33,228 nt of DNA from Catajapyx aquilonaris (Eukaryota): contig JYFJ02004304.1 in NCBI GenBank assembly GCA_000934665.2, positions 1 through 33,228 on the forward strand, given 5' to 3'. Below are positions 1-18,000 of this stretch, in pieces; within the stretch, counting starts at the first letter, position 1, and each line of letters starts with the position of its first letter. Made by a program: the position numbers and the translations under genes. The notes under the pieces were generated by a model. That model did no database searches, had not been told where the DNA came from, and worked only from the letters and a program-made list of their open reading frames with translations.

Positions 1-1348
1 GGGGACCCTCAACAATGAATTTGTTGAAGAAAAAAAAAATAGACGGAAGACGCTTGCTTCTTCTCTCAAAGCCTGGAGGGAGAAACTGCGGTGCTGGGGA
101 AAAATAAAGATATCGATCGGCGTGCACACGCTTTAGCCTCCCACCCCACCCCCTTTTAGCTATACCCCCCACCCTATTCTGCAGCAGTGCGCTATATCTC
201 TTACAGTAGATGTGGAGAGAGGTTATCGCCAATTATTTGCAAGCATAATCCTGCCAGGCCCCCCCCCCNGGGGTACCAAGAAGCGTGGGTGGCTGGATCA
301 ATTAATGGTGGCATGTCCGCGTATTGATTGGTAGTGTATCTTCATAGAATGGGTGGAAATAGTTTGTGTTTGATGACATTTGTTTTGGAGTGGGGGTTCA
401 TGAGTAATGCACAGAGCACGCATGTATAGGAAATCAATCAGTTCTGATGGAATTTTTGGGGCAGATTTTTGGACCCACCCTGTGGGGTAACGACCTGTAC
501 AGTATGGGATAATCTGGAGTGTTTGGGCACATTTTTGTCCCAAATTTTTTTCGGGAAGCTGTCGCTGCATGATTGACACGGGTGTCGCTGCAGCTCCTGG
601 CTGTCATCACTTCAGGGCAAGGGGGGGATCGATTTCGCAATGTCTTAAAAAATTCATTCGAGCTGCAACCAGATTCGTGACCAGGAACTGCCGCATGTGC
701 GAATTTATGGGGGGGGGGGGGGGGNTGGGAGGCATGTTCATGCTCGTCACCAAGTTAATCGTAATTCCCTTTGACATAAGGCGGCTTGTGCCAATATTTA
801 TTTTGGCAAAATGAGGGGAGATTTTTGATTGGGTTGGCCATTTTTTAGCAAGTGGATTCAGTCCCATTAAAGGATCAGTGTAGTATTCAATGCGGTAAAA
901 AAAAAATCCCAAAAGACATGAGCTTTTCAACAGGCTCGCGTGAAAGTTTTTTTAGGATTAATGAGAACACCATTGTTGCCAATGTTACTAATTGGTTTTT
1001 TGCAGTTGGACACTCGTGGGAAAAATTAGCATGCAGAAAGATTGCTCATTTGCATGTTATGATGAAACTGAGTTGATACACACGAGACATATGGTGAAGC
1101 TGATTGGGAGCAGTTTACGTTCACATGTCCCTGCAGCTATTTGGGACATGTACTCAACTGCATGCTGGTAGGTTTTTTTTAAAGCCTGCCATGGCCCACA
1201 CCTGGTCTTTCAGTAGTATTGGTGAAGCTTTTGGGAGGCTTTGTGTTAATTCATAGTCCTTGAAAAGTTTTGGGCCATATTGCCAGAAAGAAGTTCTTGA
1301 TGAGGGAAGACATGTGCTTTTCACAGACCATAACAATTTATGATATAC

Positions 1349-1459
1349 ATGTACTATATCACTCAAAAACATAGAGACGATTTTGCATTTGTCTCAAGTG
1401 TAGCCTGCACTTGAATCAAATGCAAAATCGTCTCTATATTTTTGAGCGATATAGTACAT
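1349..1459. mobile_element. 111-bp foldback / MITE-like palindrome in a calcineurin intron
   Basis: Arm ATGTACTATATCACTCAAAAACATAGAGACGATTTTGCATTTG matches the reverse complement of the right arm with 2 mismatches; inner TCAAGTG/CACTTGA stem; centre at 1404; TA flanks the CTATATC/GATATAG ends. Confidence 0.75.
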
Positions 1460-1532
1460 ATACATATGTCCGGGGTACCTCGTATGTTGATAGACTGTGA
1501 TACAAGAGAAGGCCTATGTAGTGTGAAGGTAT

Positions 1533-1657
1533 CGAGGGGGGTAGTCAGTTAGGGACCTCTGCACATGCAGGCTGGACCTCCTAGGTCCTCCGAGGGTCCT
1601 CCGGGGGTCCTCTAACTTCCAGTGTATACACCTTAAAGTTGAGTGACTACCCCCTCG
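1533..1657. mobile_element. Small TIR-bounded element with internal 11-bp repeats
   Basis: CGAGGGGG(G)TAGTCA ... TGACTACCCCCTCG inverted ends; internal GG(A/T)CCTC units, three at 11-bp spacing; no clear TSD. Confidence 0.55.
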
Positions 1658-2323
1658 GAATGTATACATGCTCGTTTACTACATCGTAAATATTTCATAT
1701 GAAAGTGGTGCTATCCTGTTACCCTTCTAGTCTGGTCATCCTGATTTACTTACTTGTTTTTTTCATGGCAGTATAGGTCTACGTAAAAATATAGAAGCAC
1801 GCAACCAATTACCCAAGTGGGTAAACCCAATGAGCAGATTAGGGGCTTAGTGTGACAATATAATGCAGTATTCAGCCTCACTACAGGGTTCACTGTTTGA
1901 ATTATAAATATCAATAGGTATCACATGTCTGGCTTCCCTTGAAGATGGTGGCAGGCTTAATGACCCATATCCCAATGGAGTTTGAGACTTTGCTGTAAGG
2001 GATTCTGGAGTATCCCAATCCAAACAGGGGATATAACCTTAAGTGTAGCGTAATGATGCATCATTTAATATGTACGAAAACGTGAAAAATTGCCCAAATA
2101 AGGAGGGCACTAGTAACTTGACCTGTTGCATTAGATGTTATTCAGAAAGTGGGATGCAAGTTTATTGGCTTGGTATGGAGCAATTTGAAATTAATGATGA
2201 TTATGGCTAATGGGTTATTATTATGGTTAATGGGGTTGGCCATCCCAATGAACTGCATTATGAAAGATATATATGTACGAAATAGAATGAATCTAAGTGC
2301 AGACCTTTTTTCCCCCCTTACAG

Positions 2324-8946
<6,623 letters not shown>

Positions 8947-8974
8947 GCATAAAGACTTGCGTCAGTACAGAAAG

Positions 8975-10286
8975 GTAAGGATTCACTGTACTTCGAGATA
9001 GTAATTGAATCGAAATAAGGTTTTATGATTTCTAAAATTTAACAAGTAAAATATAGGGATGCAGCAATATCAGCACTTGTAATACCAATGCTACACAGCA
9101 ACACATCGCTACTCTTCAGATCCTTAAAGAGAGCATTTTTGAGCTCAAGTTTAACATAACATCTGAGACATATATCTGTCCGAAGAAACTTTCTTGGCCT
9201 CACCTAAACCTGACAGAGTGAGAGATAATTTCTGACGTGTGAAATGAAAAATTCCTATTATTTGTCAACTTTCAACCAAGCACGCATAATTTTGCAAGCC
9301 ACTAAAAATAACTTTGGCATTTTTGTGACTGAAGGTGATGGCTTAGATTACTTAAAAAATTAAACAAAGAGGTCTTCTAAAGTTAACGTACATTGGGAAA
9401 CAATTATTTGGAGCAATTGCAGTCATGTTCCTGTGTAGATCAATTGAAGGCTGTGAGGCTGCATGGAGTGACGGAAAGAGGAGGGAAAGGAAGTGTTTCT
9501 CTTTCATGTCCTTACATTAGAATGACATGCAGCTAGTGAGACCTACCCAGTAAACATGTCCTTGAACAAGGTAGAAAACATGGCTAATTACAGTCCTTCC
9601 TTGTGGCATAATTCTTTTAACATTATGTTGATTTCACTGTTTACATACAGTGCACGCAAAATACAAATTTATGTATAAATGCATTACTATTGCTGCATCC
9701 CTAGTAGCTGTGCTAGATGTAATCTGGTGAGTTAAAATATAATATTGTCGGCATAAAGTGAAGCAAAGAACCAGTTTTGAGGTAATTGAAGGCAAATGTT
9801 TGCACATTATGTTTACATGGTAGGGAAGACAGAAAATCCAGGCTTCTTGGCTCCTTATGAATATTTGTCTAAATGGACTACCTGGTGATATAGCATTTAA
9901 ATAAAGTGATGCAAACTGGTGTAAATAAGTCAACCACCAAAATTGGACTTTTGTGTCTTTCATTTGTATGCTGGCAACTGTTACGTGCATGGTGAGCATG
10001 CCGATATATATTGGCGTAGTAAAAGAATTGTTGAGTTAATATGTGATGGCCAGGCAATTTTTTAATAGCCTCAGGGGTGTTAGATAAAATGCTCATTGCA
10101 AAGCTGATAAATGAAGATGTCGATAGATTAGTGGTGTCAGTGTTCATTGATCTCAAATGGCAATTACCACCAAGGCAATTTGTTATTGACTTTTTAAATG
10201 CAGATTAAGTTAAGCAGTATTTTAGCATGTGTGAGAATGAAAACTAAGACTTTTTTTTCTTTTTTTCTGCCCTCCCCACTTTACAG
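8975..10286 (+). other. CanA: Probable intron within the calcineurin A 3'UTR
   Basis: Strong donor AAAG|gtaagg 28 nt after the stop; branch-like ctaag at 10244, ~30-nt pyrimidine tract and ttacag acceptor ending at 10286. Confidence 0.7.
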
Positions 10287-13200
10287 CTGAACCCAACCCC
10301 CCTGTCTTGTTTTCCCTTTCCGCATATATCTGAATATCCTCCCTGCCCACTTGACACACACCTGTCTACAGCCATTGTGTACCACGAGCCCTGCAGGTTG
10401 CAGGGCCAGTTTTTTTTTTTTCTTCTGTTTTTCGGGACAGCTGTTGTCTTGAAGAAACTGTAGTGCAGTAATATAGGGGGTTGGGTCAAGTCAGCAAATT
10501 TCTTTGTTTTTCATTTTTGTTTCATGTTTTTTTGGGGGGGCATTGGGGGTTGTGTGGGGGGGTTGGGTTGGGTTTTTGTTGTGTGAAAAATCTCCTGCAG
10601 TGGGCCTCCCTCACCTTTTGCCTTCCCACTCGATTTTTTTAAAAAGAGAAAATTTTCTTCCCATCCTTTGTCATGGTGAGGAAAAAAAAATATGCAGCCC
10701 CCTCCCCTCTCCCCCCTGGTATTTGCAGCAGGCTGCAAGAATTGTGTTTTTTTTTTTTCCTTCTTCTTTCCTAATGGGGATGGAAACATGGCGCGGAATT
10801 TTTTCTATTTCTACTCTTTTGATTTTGTGTTGCTTAAATAATATTGTTAAGAAGGGTTTATTGTCAAGTTGTGGTGTGGGTGTGAGAAGCAGGTCTTTGT
10901 TGTTGTTGTGGGTACTTAAATTAAAAGTTATCCCTGCCCGAGTGAGAGTTTTCGAGGTGATGGTTGTGAAGGAAATGGACAATTTTGTGCTTCTTTTTTC
11001 TATATATATATATATACAAGTCCTGAGGAGTTATAAAGTATATTTCTCCTGCGTATCACTAAACCTGCTGTTTGTGCTAAATTGTTGGTTTTTTTTGCTC
11101 ACAGTGCGCAAGTTTGCGCCAAAGTTTTCTTTTTATGCCGCGCCATGTTTTCAGCATTAACAGACTTTTTTATTGTAAATGAAAAGGTTGAAAACCCTCC
11201 AAAAAAAATGATAATGTTTGCCCTGTGGTTTAAAAGAAATAAGTGTTCTGATGTCAATTTCTTATTTTGTACCTACCTACCTACCCTCCCTCCCAGGTTG
11301 TACTTATTCTTTACTTGTACATATGTGTTTTTTGAAGTGCGACAGAAGGCATTATAACTGGATTTTTTTCCCCCTCTGCGGGCAACACCACCAACACCGA
11401 CTAATTTCATTGTGCATGTAGGTTGAAAAAGTTTTCTCTTCTGTTGTTTCCACCTTTTACAACTTTTGATTGCGCATTTTTCGAAGCAGTTTTTTTTTTC
11501 AACTTCCCCCCCAGCAGGCTATATTTTTGTTGCTTATCAAAAGGCGTGTGAATCATGATTCGCCACCCTCCCGAAGGCATTGAATCTGGATATGAAGTAA
11601 TGGGAAGGGAAATTTAAAAAGTGCGTACTTATGCAGGTCACTTTTTAACAGACAGGTATTGTAGGGGACGAAAAAACTGCAGCAAAATCTTGATCACACA
11701 AGAAATAAAATTCCCATCTTTTATTGACGTAGTTTAGTAGAGTGCTTTGGTGTTTGTTCACAAGTCATGGTGTTAAAATGAAAAGGCAAAAAAATATATA
11801 TACATATATATATCTACAAGCAATTTACCAATGAATAATGTAAAGCATGGTGTACAATGTATAATACAAATTCTAACAATGTATTATTATACTCTCTTCT
11901 CCATGAGAACTTTTGTCTTTCATATGTTGAATTCCCTGTTTCATCTAAGAAAAAAAAGAAATCACCTAGGCTTAAATCTATTTCTGCCCCACCAAAAACG
12001 AGAGAAAAAAAATAATAAGAAACTTTGACAAGTTTGGAAAAATGGGACAAAGACTTTTCACATGCAATTTTTTGAATTCGCTCCTGTAGTTCACAAGTTA
12101 TATTTTTTATTTTTGGTGCCTGCATGACCGAGAGTGTGTGTGTGTGTGTATGTGAAAAAAGAGAGAGAATACTATATACTTATGTCTTAAAGAGGAAATG
12201 GGAGTTGTGGTGTGTGTGCAAAAGTGGGGAACTTCAAGCCAGGTTTTTATAGCAGTTCGATTTTTTTTTATTTTTTTTGGTAAATTCTTGCGAATCACTT
12301 TTTGGACTGCGTGGTTCAAATTGCTAAACCAAGGGACTGTTCATTGTAATGTACAACTTGCCATGATTGTGGTTTGGTGTTCTATAATCCTATGCCTTTT
12401 AGTCCGCAGAAGAACAAAAAACTGTTTTGGGTTGGAGGCATTGGAAGTTTTCGGGGGGAGAAATATTTTTTTTAAACTGTGGGATTTTTCAGAGGGAGTG
12501 AAAAAGTCCCATATGTGAGACGGGTCATTTGCTTAAGAGGACAAGTGTGTTGTGGACACCTATTTGAGAGGCAGGCATGAATCTAGGTGCAAAAAAATTG
12601 AAGAAGAAAAAAAAAAAGAGGTGATTTTTAGTTTTGACTGTTGCCATTTCAAAGCGACAGAAAAGTCATTTGGTTGCCTTTGCAGCCATTTCCGTGTCTT
12701 TTTCAACTTCGTTTTATTTTAAACCAACACCCGCCCCCTTCCCGTTTGTTTAACTGTTACTTTTCTTCCTCCACGTGAATAGTGTTGACTAGTTAAAAAC
12801 TGTTGATTCATTTTTTATTTTTTTTGCCTACTCTTCAACTGTAATTATGCAATCATAGTTAACCTTTTCTAATGTTAGTGACTGTGGAAAATATGACAGT
12901 GTGCAGATTTTTCAGTTGCTCCCAAATGTTTCTCCCTTCACCAGATCGATTGTTAGATATTTTACATTTTTTTCCATCCCTTCCCTGAATGTCCCTGAAC
13001 TGAACTGTTTGATCTGCACACTGTATGAGGGAAAAAAAAGGAAGTTAAAAATAACTATTACTTGTAAATCAACATGCCTGCTGGTCAGATGGTCTGTTTA
13101 AATCATGTTAAATGAGGTGGAAAAGGTATAATTGTAAAACTTTTTTATGCCAAAGGTCCCTAGTCATGTAATTCGTTTTACTTCTTTATCCACAATTGTA

Positions 13201-14645
13201 AATAACTCTTTAAGGTGCATGAAGTCTTCGATTTACACTTGTATGTAAAATGTAGAAGAAAAGCTGTGCTTGATCAACAAGTTGGGTTGGAGCGTCTTGT
13301 TCTGAGGATCGCAGCAGGACCTTTGAAAAAAATATATAAGTGACATAGGATTTTTTTTTTTAAACTTGGGGAGGTGGGGGGAAAACCATTATCAGGTCAA
13401 CCCTATTGTAAAAAAAATAATAAATTAGGAACCAATCGAGTTTTTTGAGCTCAAAGGTGGAACAAAACTTGACTCGCCTTAATAGAAGTGCCGCAACTGA
13501 GGAAATAATCCCTAACTTAGTACATTTGGAAGACCCCTTCAGCCTCCTAACATCCCAACTACACATTTCAACCCAAATTTTTAATTGTATTTGTAATTAC
13601 ATTTTTTTAAGGACACGGGGCTGAAATGTACAAGATGCTGGCTTCAGAACAAGGCGGGCCAGACCCAGAACCTTTCTACTGGTGGATGGTTTAATTTGTG
13701 CCGAGAAATGGTGGTGATGACAAAAAAAGATATAAAGAAATAATAAGTAGGGGGTAGCATGCGTTCTAACTGGGGTTTAGTGCGTAACTGGAGTGGGTTC
13801 TCTTGAGGACAGTTCAACTAAAACCGAGCCTGCACTTGGCGGCTTGCAAAGGTTGGACCTCAGTGATTCCTCTGCTGTCTGACGGAGGATGAGGTGCAAC
13901 CAGCCGTGCCGCATTGCCGAACTATCCATGCGCAAAATTGAGACTCGGAGAGTGCAGGGCCAGTAAAAAATTGAGGTTTCATTTGAACAGCCCTCGCGTA
14001 TTGAATTTTTTTTTCTCCAAAAAATGGGACAGAGATATGCCTACTCTCATTTCCAACACTGGTTCCAGTGGAATCCAGACTTTGGCACGTTCAGAGATCC
14101 AGGAAGGAAAAAAAAAACTGCTATCTTTGCTGATAACGCATCATAATTATAAGAAATTATTGCTATACCAATTTCAAAAATCTTTCAAAGTTTGCTGTGT
14201 TCAATAAATATAATAATCATAAATAATAATAAATAATAATAATAATACTGATTGTACCATCACCTTCGAGCACTTGATTGTTATAAGCGTTTGTTGGGAC
14301 ACCAAAGTCTTTTTGACTGCCTCTTACGTTCCAACAAGTTTTTCCAAGTTTATCCCGTGTTAACTTTGGCTTAAGGTATTTAAAAAAAAAAAGATAAATA
14401 AAATAAATAGGGTGGGGGTGTGGGTAGTTGAGGGTCCTCATTTCAAACTAACTGAATGGACTGCACTGAAGAAGAGGGTTTGTTCAAGGGTGTACAAAAA
14501 TTTTTGTACCATAATTGCTGCCATGTCACTACTTCCCCCGTCTTAAATAGTTCCACACAAATTTGTTTTCATCCTCTTATTGTGAATGTTTGCATTGTTT
14601 AAAGAATTAAAACATCCTGAATAAAGTACATCATTTACTTGTGGA
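10287..14645 (+). other. CanA: Probable long terminal 3'UTR exon of calcineurin A with several polyadenylation signals
   Basis: U-rich, homopolymer-rich composition; AATAAA at 11704, 13419, 14203, 14228, 14397/14402 and 14620; Pumilio-type TGTACATA at 11316 and TGTAAATA at 13197. The 3' end is inferred. Confidence 0.55.
14620..14625 (+). terminator. Candidate distal polyadenylation signal AATAAA
   Basis: AATAAA with upstream TGTA motifs (14491, 14505) and downstream tttacttgtg. Confidence 0.45.
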
Positions 14646-14904
14646 AAAATAGGGATAATGTACATTGCTTTGTACAAAAGACACAAAAAAAGAGACCCTT
14701 TACAAACATAAAAGCCTCGTATACACAGCCAGCGGGATTATTATTATAGGATTTTTTTTTTCCATGACACTTGCAGCCTTTGATTTGTAAAAAAAAAAAG
14801 TTATAATACTGCTTGTTATTTACAGGTGCAGTTTACATTAAAATGACTTCAGATATTTTTTCACTCCTGTTCATCAAAGTCTTGATAAAAACTGGTTTCA
14901 CAAT

Positions 14905-15091
14905 TCACAATGCTGTACGGTCGATAGATTCCGAGCTTGCCTCGATGTGTTTCTCATCCTGCACGCTAGGCCTCCTCCGTATGCTGCCAACAAGGCTGGA
15001 ACGCATGACTTCTCCTCTGACTGAAGCCCTGATGCTGCCAGATCTTCGCATAAAGGTGCCATTTGCCTGTGCCGAATCTCCCACCTTCCAG
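14905..15091 (-). CDS. CarT: CarT-like exon 8, cytoplasmic tail (SWKVGD...SIDRTAL*)
   Basis: Acceptor T-tract...ccaatag|C, phase 2 matches exon 7; stop TGA at 14907-14905. Confidence 0.85.
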
Positions 15092-18000
15092 CTATTGGTT
15101 AATAAAAAAAATAAAATTAGAAACAAATAGGCAGATACAAATGGAAAGTGTACTTTAAATGAAAGCATGCACTGCTTATATGCCACACTACATATAGTTA
15201 TTGCATGTAAAAGCATTTGACAATGTTCGCTATGCATTACTAACATGCTAGGTTAGTGAGGTATTTGATCAGTGGTTTAATTGTAATAATTGTTTTTACT
15301 TTATCGAGTCGTTGCAATTGCGGCTTTGAAACAATGTCTTTTACAACGGCTTGTGCAATGACAGTGACAAATTTTTTGAGAACTCTGTACTTGCAGAACA
15401 GTAACGAGTTAGTCAGGTGAATCGGCCGGGATTGAGCTGGGAGACGAAAATAATACTGTCTCCTTCTTGACCAGTCATGCATGCCTTGGGGTCAACTGTG
15501 TGTGCCCAAAGAGTCGTTACTTCCTTTTTTTATATATTATATTTAAAGCCTGCTTGGTGTTCCTTGAAATGTGCCAAAATGGCATAGGTTCAAGCATCCA
15601 AGGCTGCATTTGTAATTAACGCCCTGGGGTTTTTTTTGAAGCGGGTTTCAGTGGGAGTACAATGGCCCCCGGGGTTGGAGGATGACGCCAGACTATCGCT
15701 AGCAATGTTCCCCACCTGGCCGTGCATCAGAAAGGATAGGTTTTGCTTATGCGTGCCAGACATAGCTGGTCCGTTACAGTTATGAGCTGGCAGCGCCTAC
15801 TGATGGCTGTTGTTGAGCTATCGGGCTGTTCTAGAGCCAGCCCGGTGACTAGTTTCGTGCTATGTATACCTCACTTCATATTTACCCTGCGCTTGTCAAT
15901 GTCAGGAAATTGGACTAGAGCCCAATTGAGCTAGCTGGCATCAGATGTCATTTTCCTGAATCACAACATCGGAGCTGTTACGTAAGGCTGCTAGAACAGC
16001 TGTCAGCGATGGACATGAACTAATTGACTTCACAATTAATGCCAGTTGAATTTGATGAATGTTACAAAATTTATTGTACCTTGGCAGGCAGTCACAGAGA
16101 CTCTGGTCCTTCCCGAACTGCTCTCCTTCCTCCAGAGTATTGGGCAGGTTGGCTCCAAGTGTCTCGGGAAGCAACATGCACAAGAGTCCTCCGAAGATGG
16201 ACAGAGCTCCCAAGATGACCAGCGGCACACCCGATCCGAACACAGCCAGGTAGACGATGAATGGCGACAATATGCTTCCAACATAGCCCATGATGTGGAT
16301 GGTGGTCACTCCTTGCGCACGAATGACCGTTGGAAGGAGCTCCGCAGCATATTGGAGGCCAATGTTAAATGCAATGTTGACACACAAGCGACCCATGATG
16401 GCCAAAAATGCTGCCAACAGTTGCAAATCTGTAAGTGAGATAAAGCGTTTAGTGTATGCTCCTTCAAAATAATATATTACAGAGAAATTAAAGGCCATCA
16501 TTTAAATAATGGTGTGCTATGAGACTGAATTGGCCAGTTACCTGCAGGAACTGCAATGGCTGCAAATGAAAACAGCCCCGAGAGACACAGGCTGGCTACA
16601 CCCAACCACCTTCGTCCCCATCGGTCCAACGTGAGCACCACAAAGACATCAGCTGGAAATTCAGTCGACGATGCGATGGAGAATGTGATGAATATGCTGA
16701 AGCCCAAGTTGCCCACATTACGAGCATGACCATCATACACGACTGCGATAATCAGCCAGACAACAGTGAGCACAATTGTGGTACGCCTCAAGTTTGGTGT
16801 CTTCAGCAGGTCAAGGAACGTGTACCTTCGGTCCTGCTCTATCTCCTTCCTCTCCGCCTCAACATGAGTCTGAAATTATAGCATCAATTTAGTCTTCATG
16901 TACTTTGGTAGAATTAATCTGTTGTAAATCTCTGCTTGTGACAATGTCAAGTACTGTGGTGAAACAGTATAAGAAAATTTTCTTGTATTGTTTCACTGCA
17001 GTAATTGATCAGTAACAGAGTGACAGTATGGTACGTCATAAGCAGAGGTTTACAACCCCTTTGGTTTTTCATCAAGGCTCTTTGGTTACTTCCAATCTAA
17101 ACCTTCCCTCCCCAGTTGACGTAAGGACGTCATCATCCAACACTTACTAGGAACTTGTTGTAGGTGTTGTCGTCGACCTTCTTTCCATTCCACTTCTCAA
17201 ACCGCTTTAGGATCTTCATGGCTCGTTCCGTTTCGCCCCTTGAGATGAGCCACCTGACAAAATCAAGAGAGAAAGGTCAACGCCATATATTTATTATAGG
17301 CCCATAAGACCTTGGATTTAAAAAAAGGCGTTAGATTCGGGTCTCATGTAAGGACAAAGCCCCATGATGATGCATGGGGTTTTCCCATTGCAACATTTTA
17401 CTTGGGGGGAAACCTTATGTCCTGAGGGCATCTTACCTGGCACTTTCTGGCACGATCCAGTAGGCCAGGATGGATAGGACCATCGGGGCTGAGATGGCCA
17501 GACTGTAAAGGCGCCAGTTACGAATGTAGTACGCTGCCCAGGGTACTATCAGGGTACCAATAGTGTAGAAAATGGCGATGGACAGGTTGGCCACCAATGT
17601 ACGCCATTTGGGACCCACATACTCCAAAGCTGCAAAAAAAGGGGATCAAAGTTAGCACTTGCTGTACCAAACATGACTATAGTTGGTACTGACCAAGAAT
17701 GTACATCATGGTCATACAGTTGTCGAAAGACATTCCGAGGACGAATCGGAAGGCCAAGAACGCGTAGAAGTTGGACGAAACTGCTGAGAAGCAACCTGCC
17801 AAACAACCCAGGAGGTTCGTTGCCAGAAGAGCAGGTACACGACCCCAGTTGTCGGCCACATAACCGAAGAGGAATCCTCCAAGTATGGCTCCCATGAAGA
17901 ACACAGACTGTGCGATTGTTGGTTTGGTCGCTTCATCGCAAACCCAATTGTTCTGTAATGAAACATGATGGATTATTACTATATAAGCCATGCGTGTTTC

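Noticed and set aside
1..2323. Calcineurin first coding exon
   Set aside because: No ATG...RVVK-like phase-1 exon found; it probably lies upstream, although the Ns at 269 and 725 could hide assembly gaps.
10504..11160. 218-aa hydrophobic ORF and similar F/L/K-rich ORFs in 6-14 kb and 20-32 kb
   Set aside because: Products of T- and A-rich low-complexity UTR or intergenic DNA, many with non-ATG starts and no recognisable domains.
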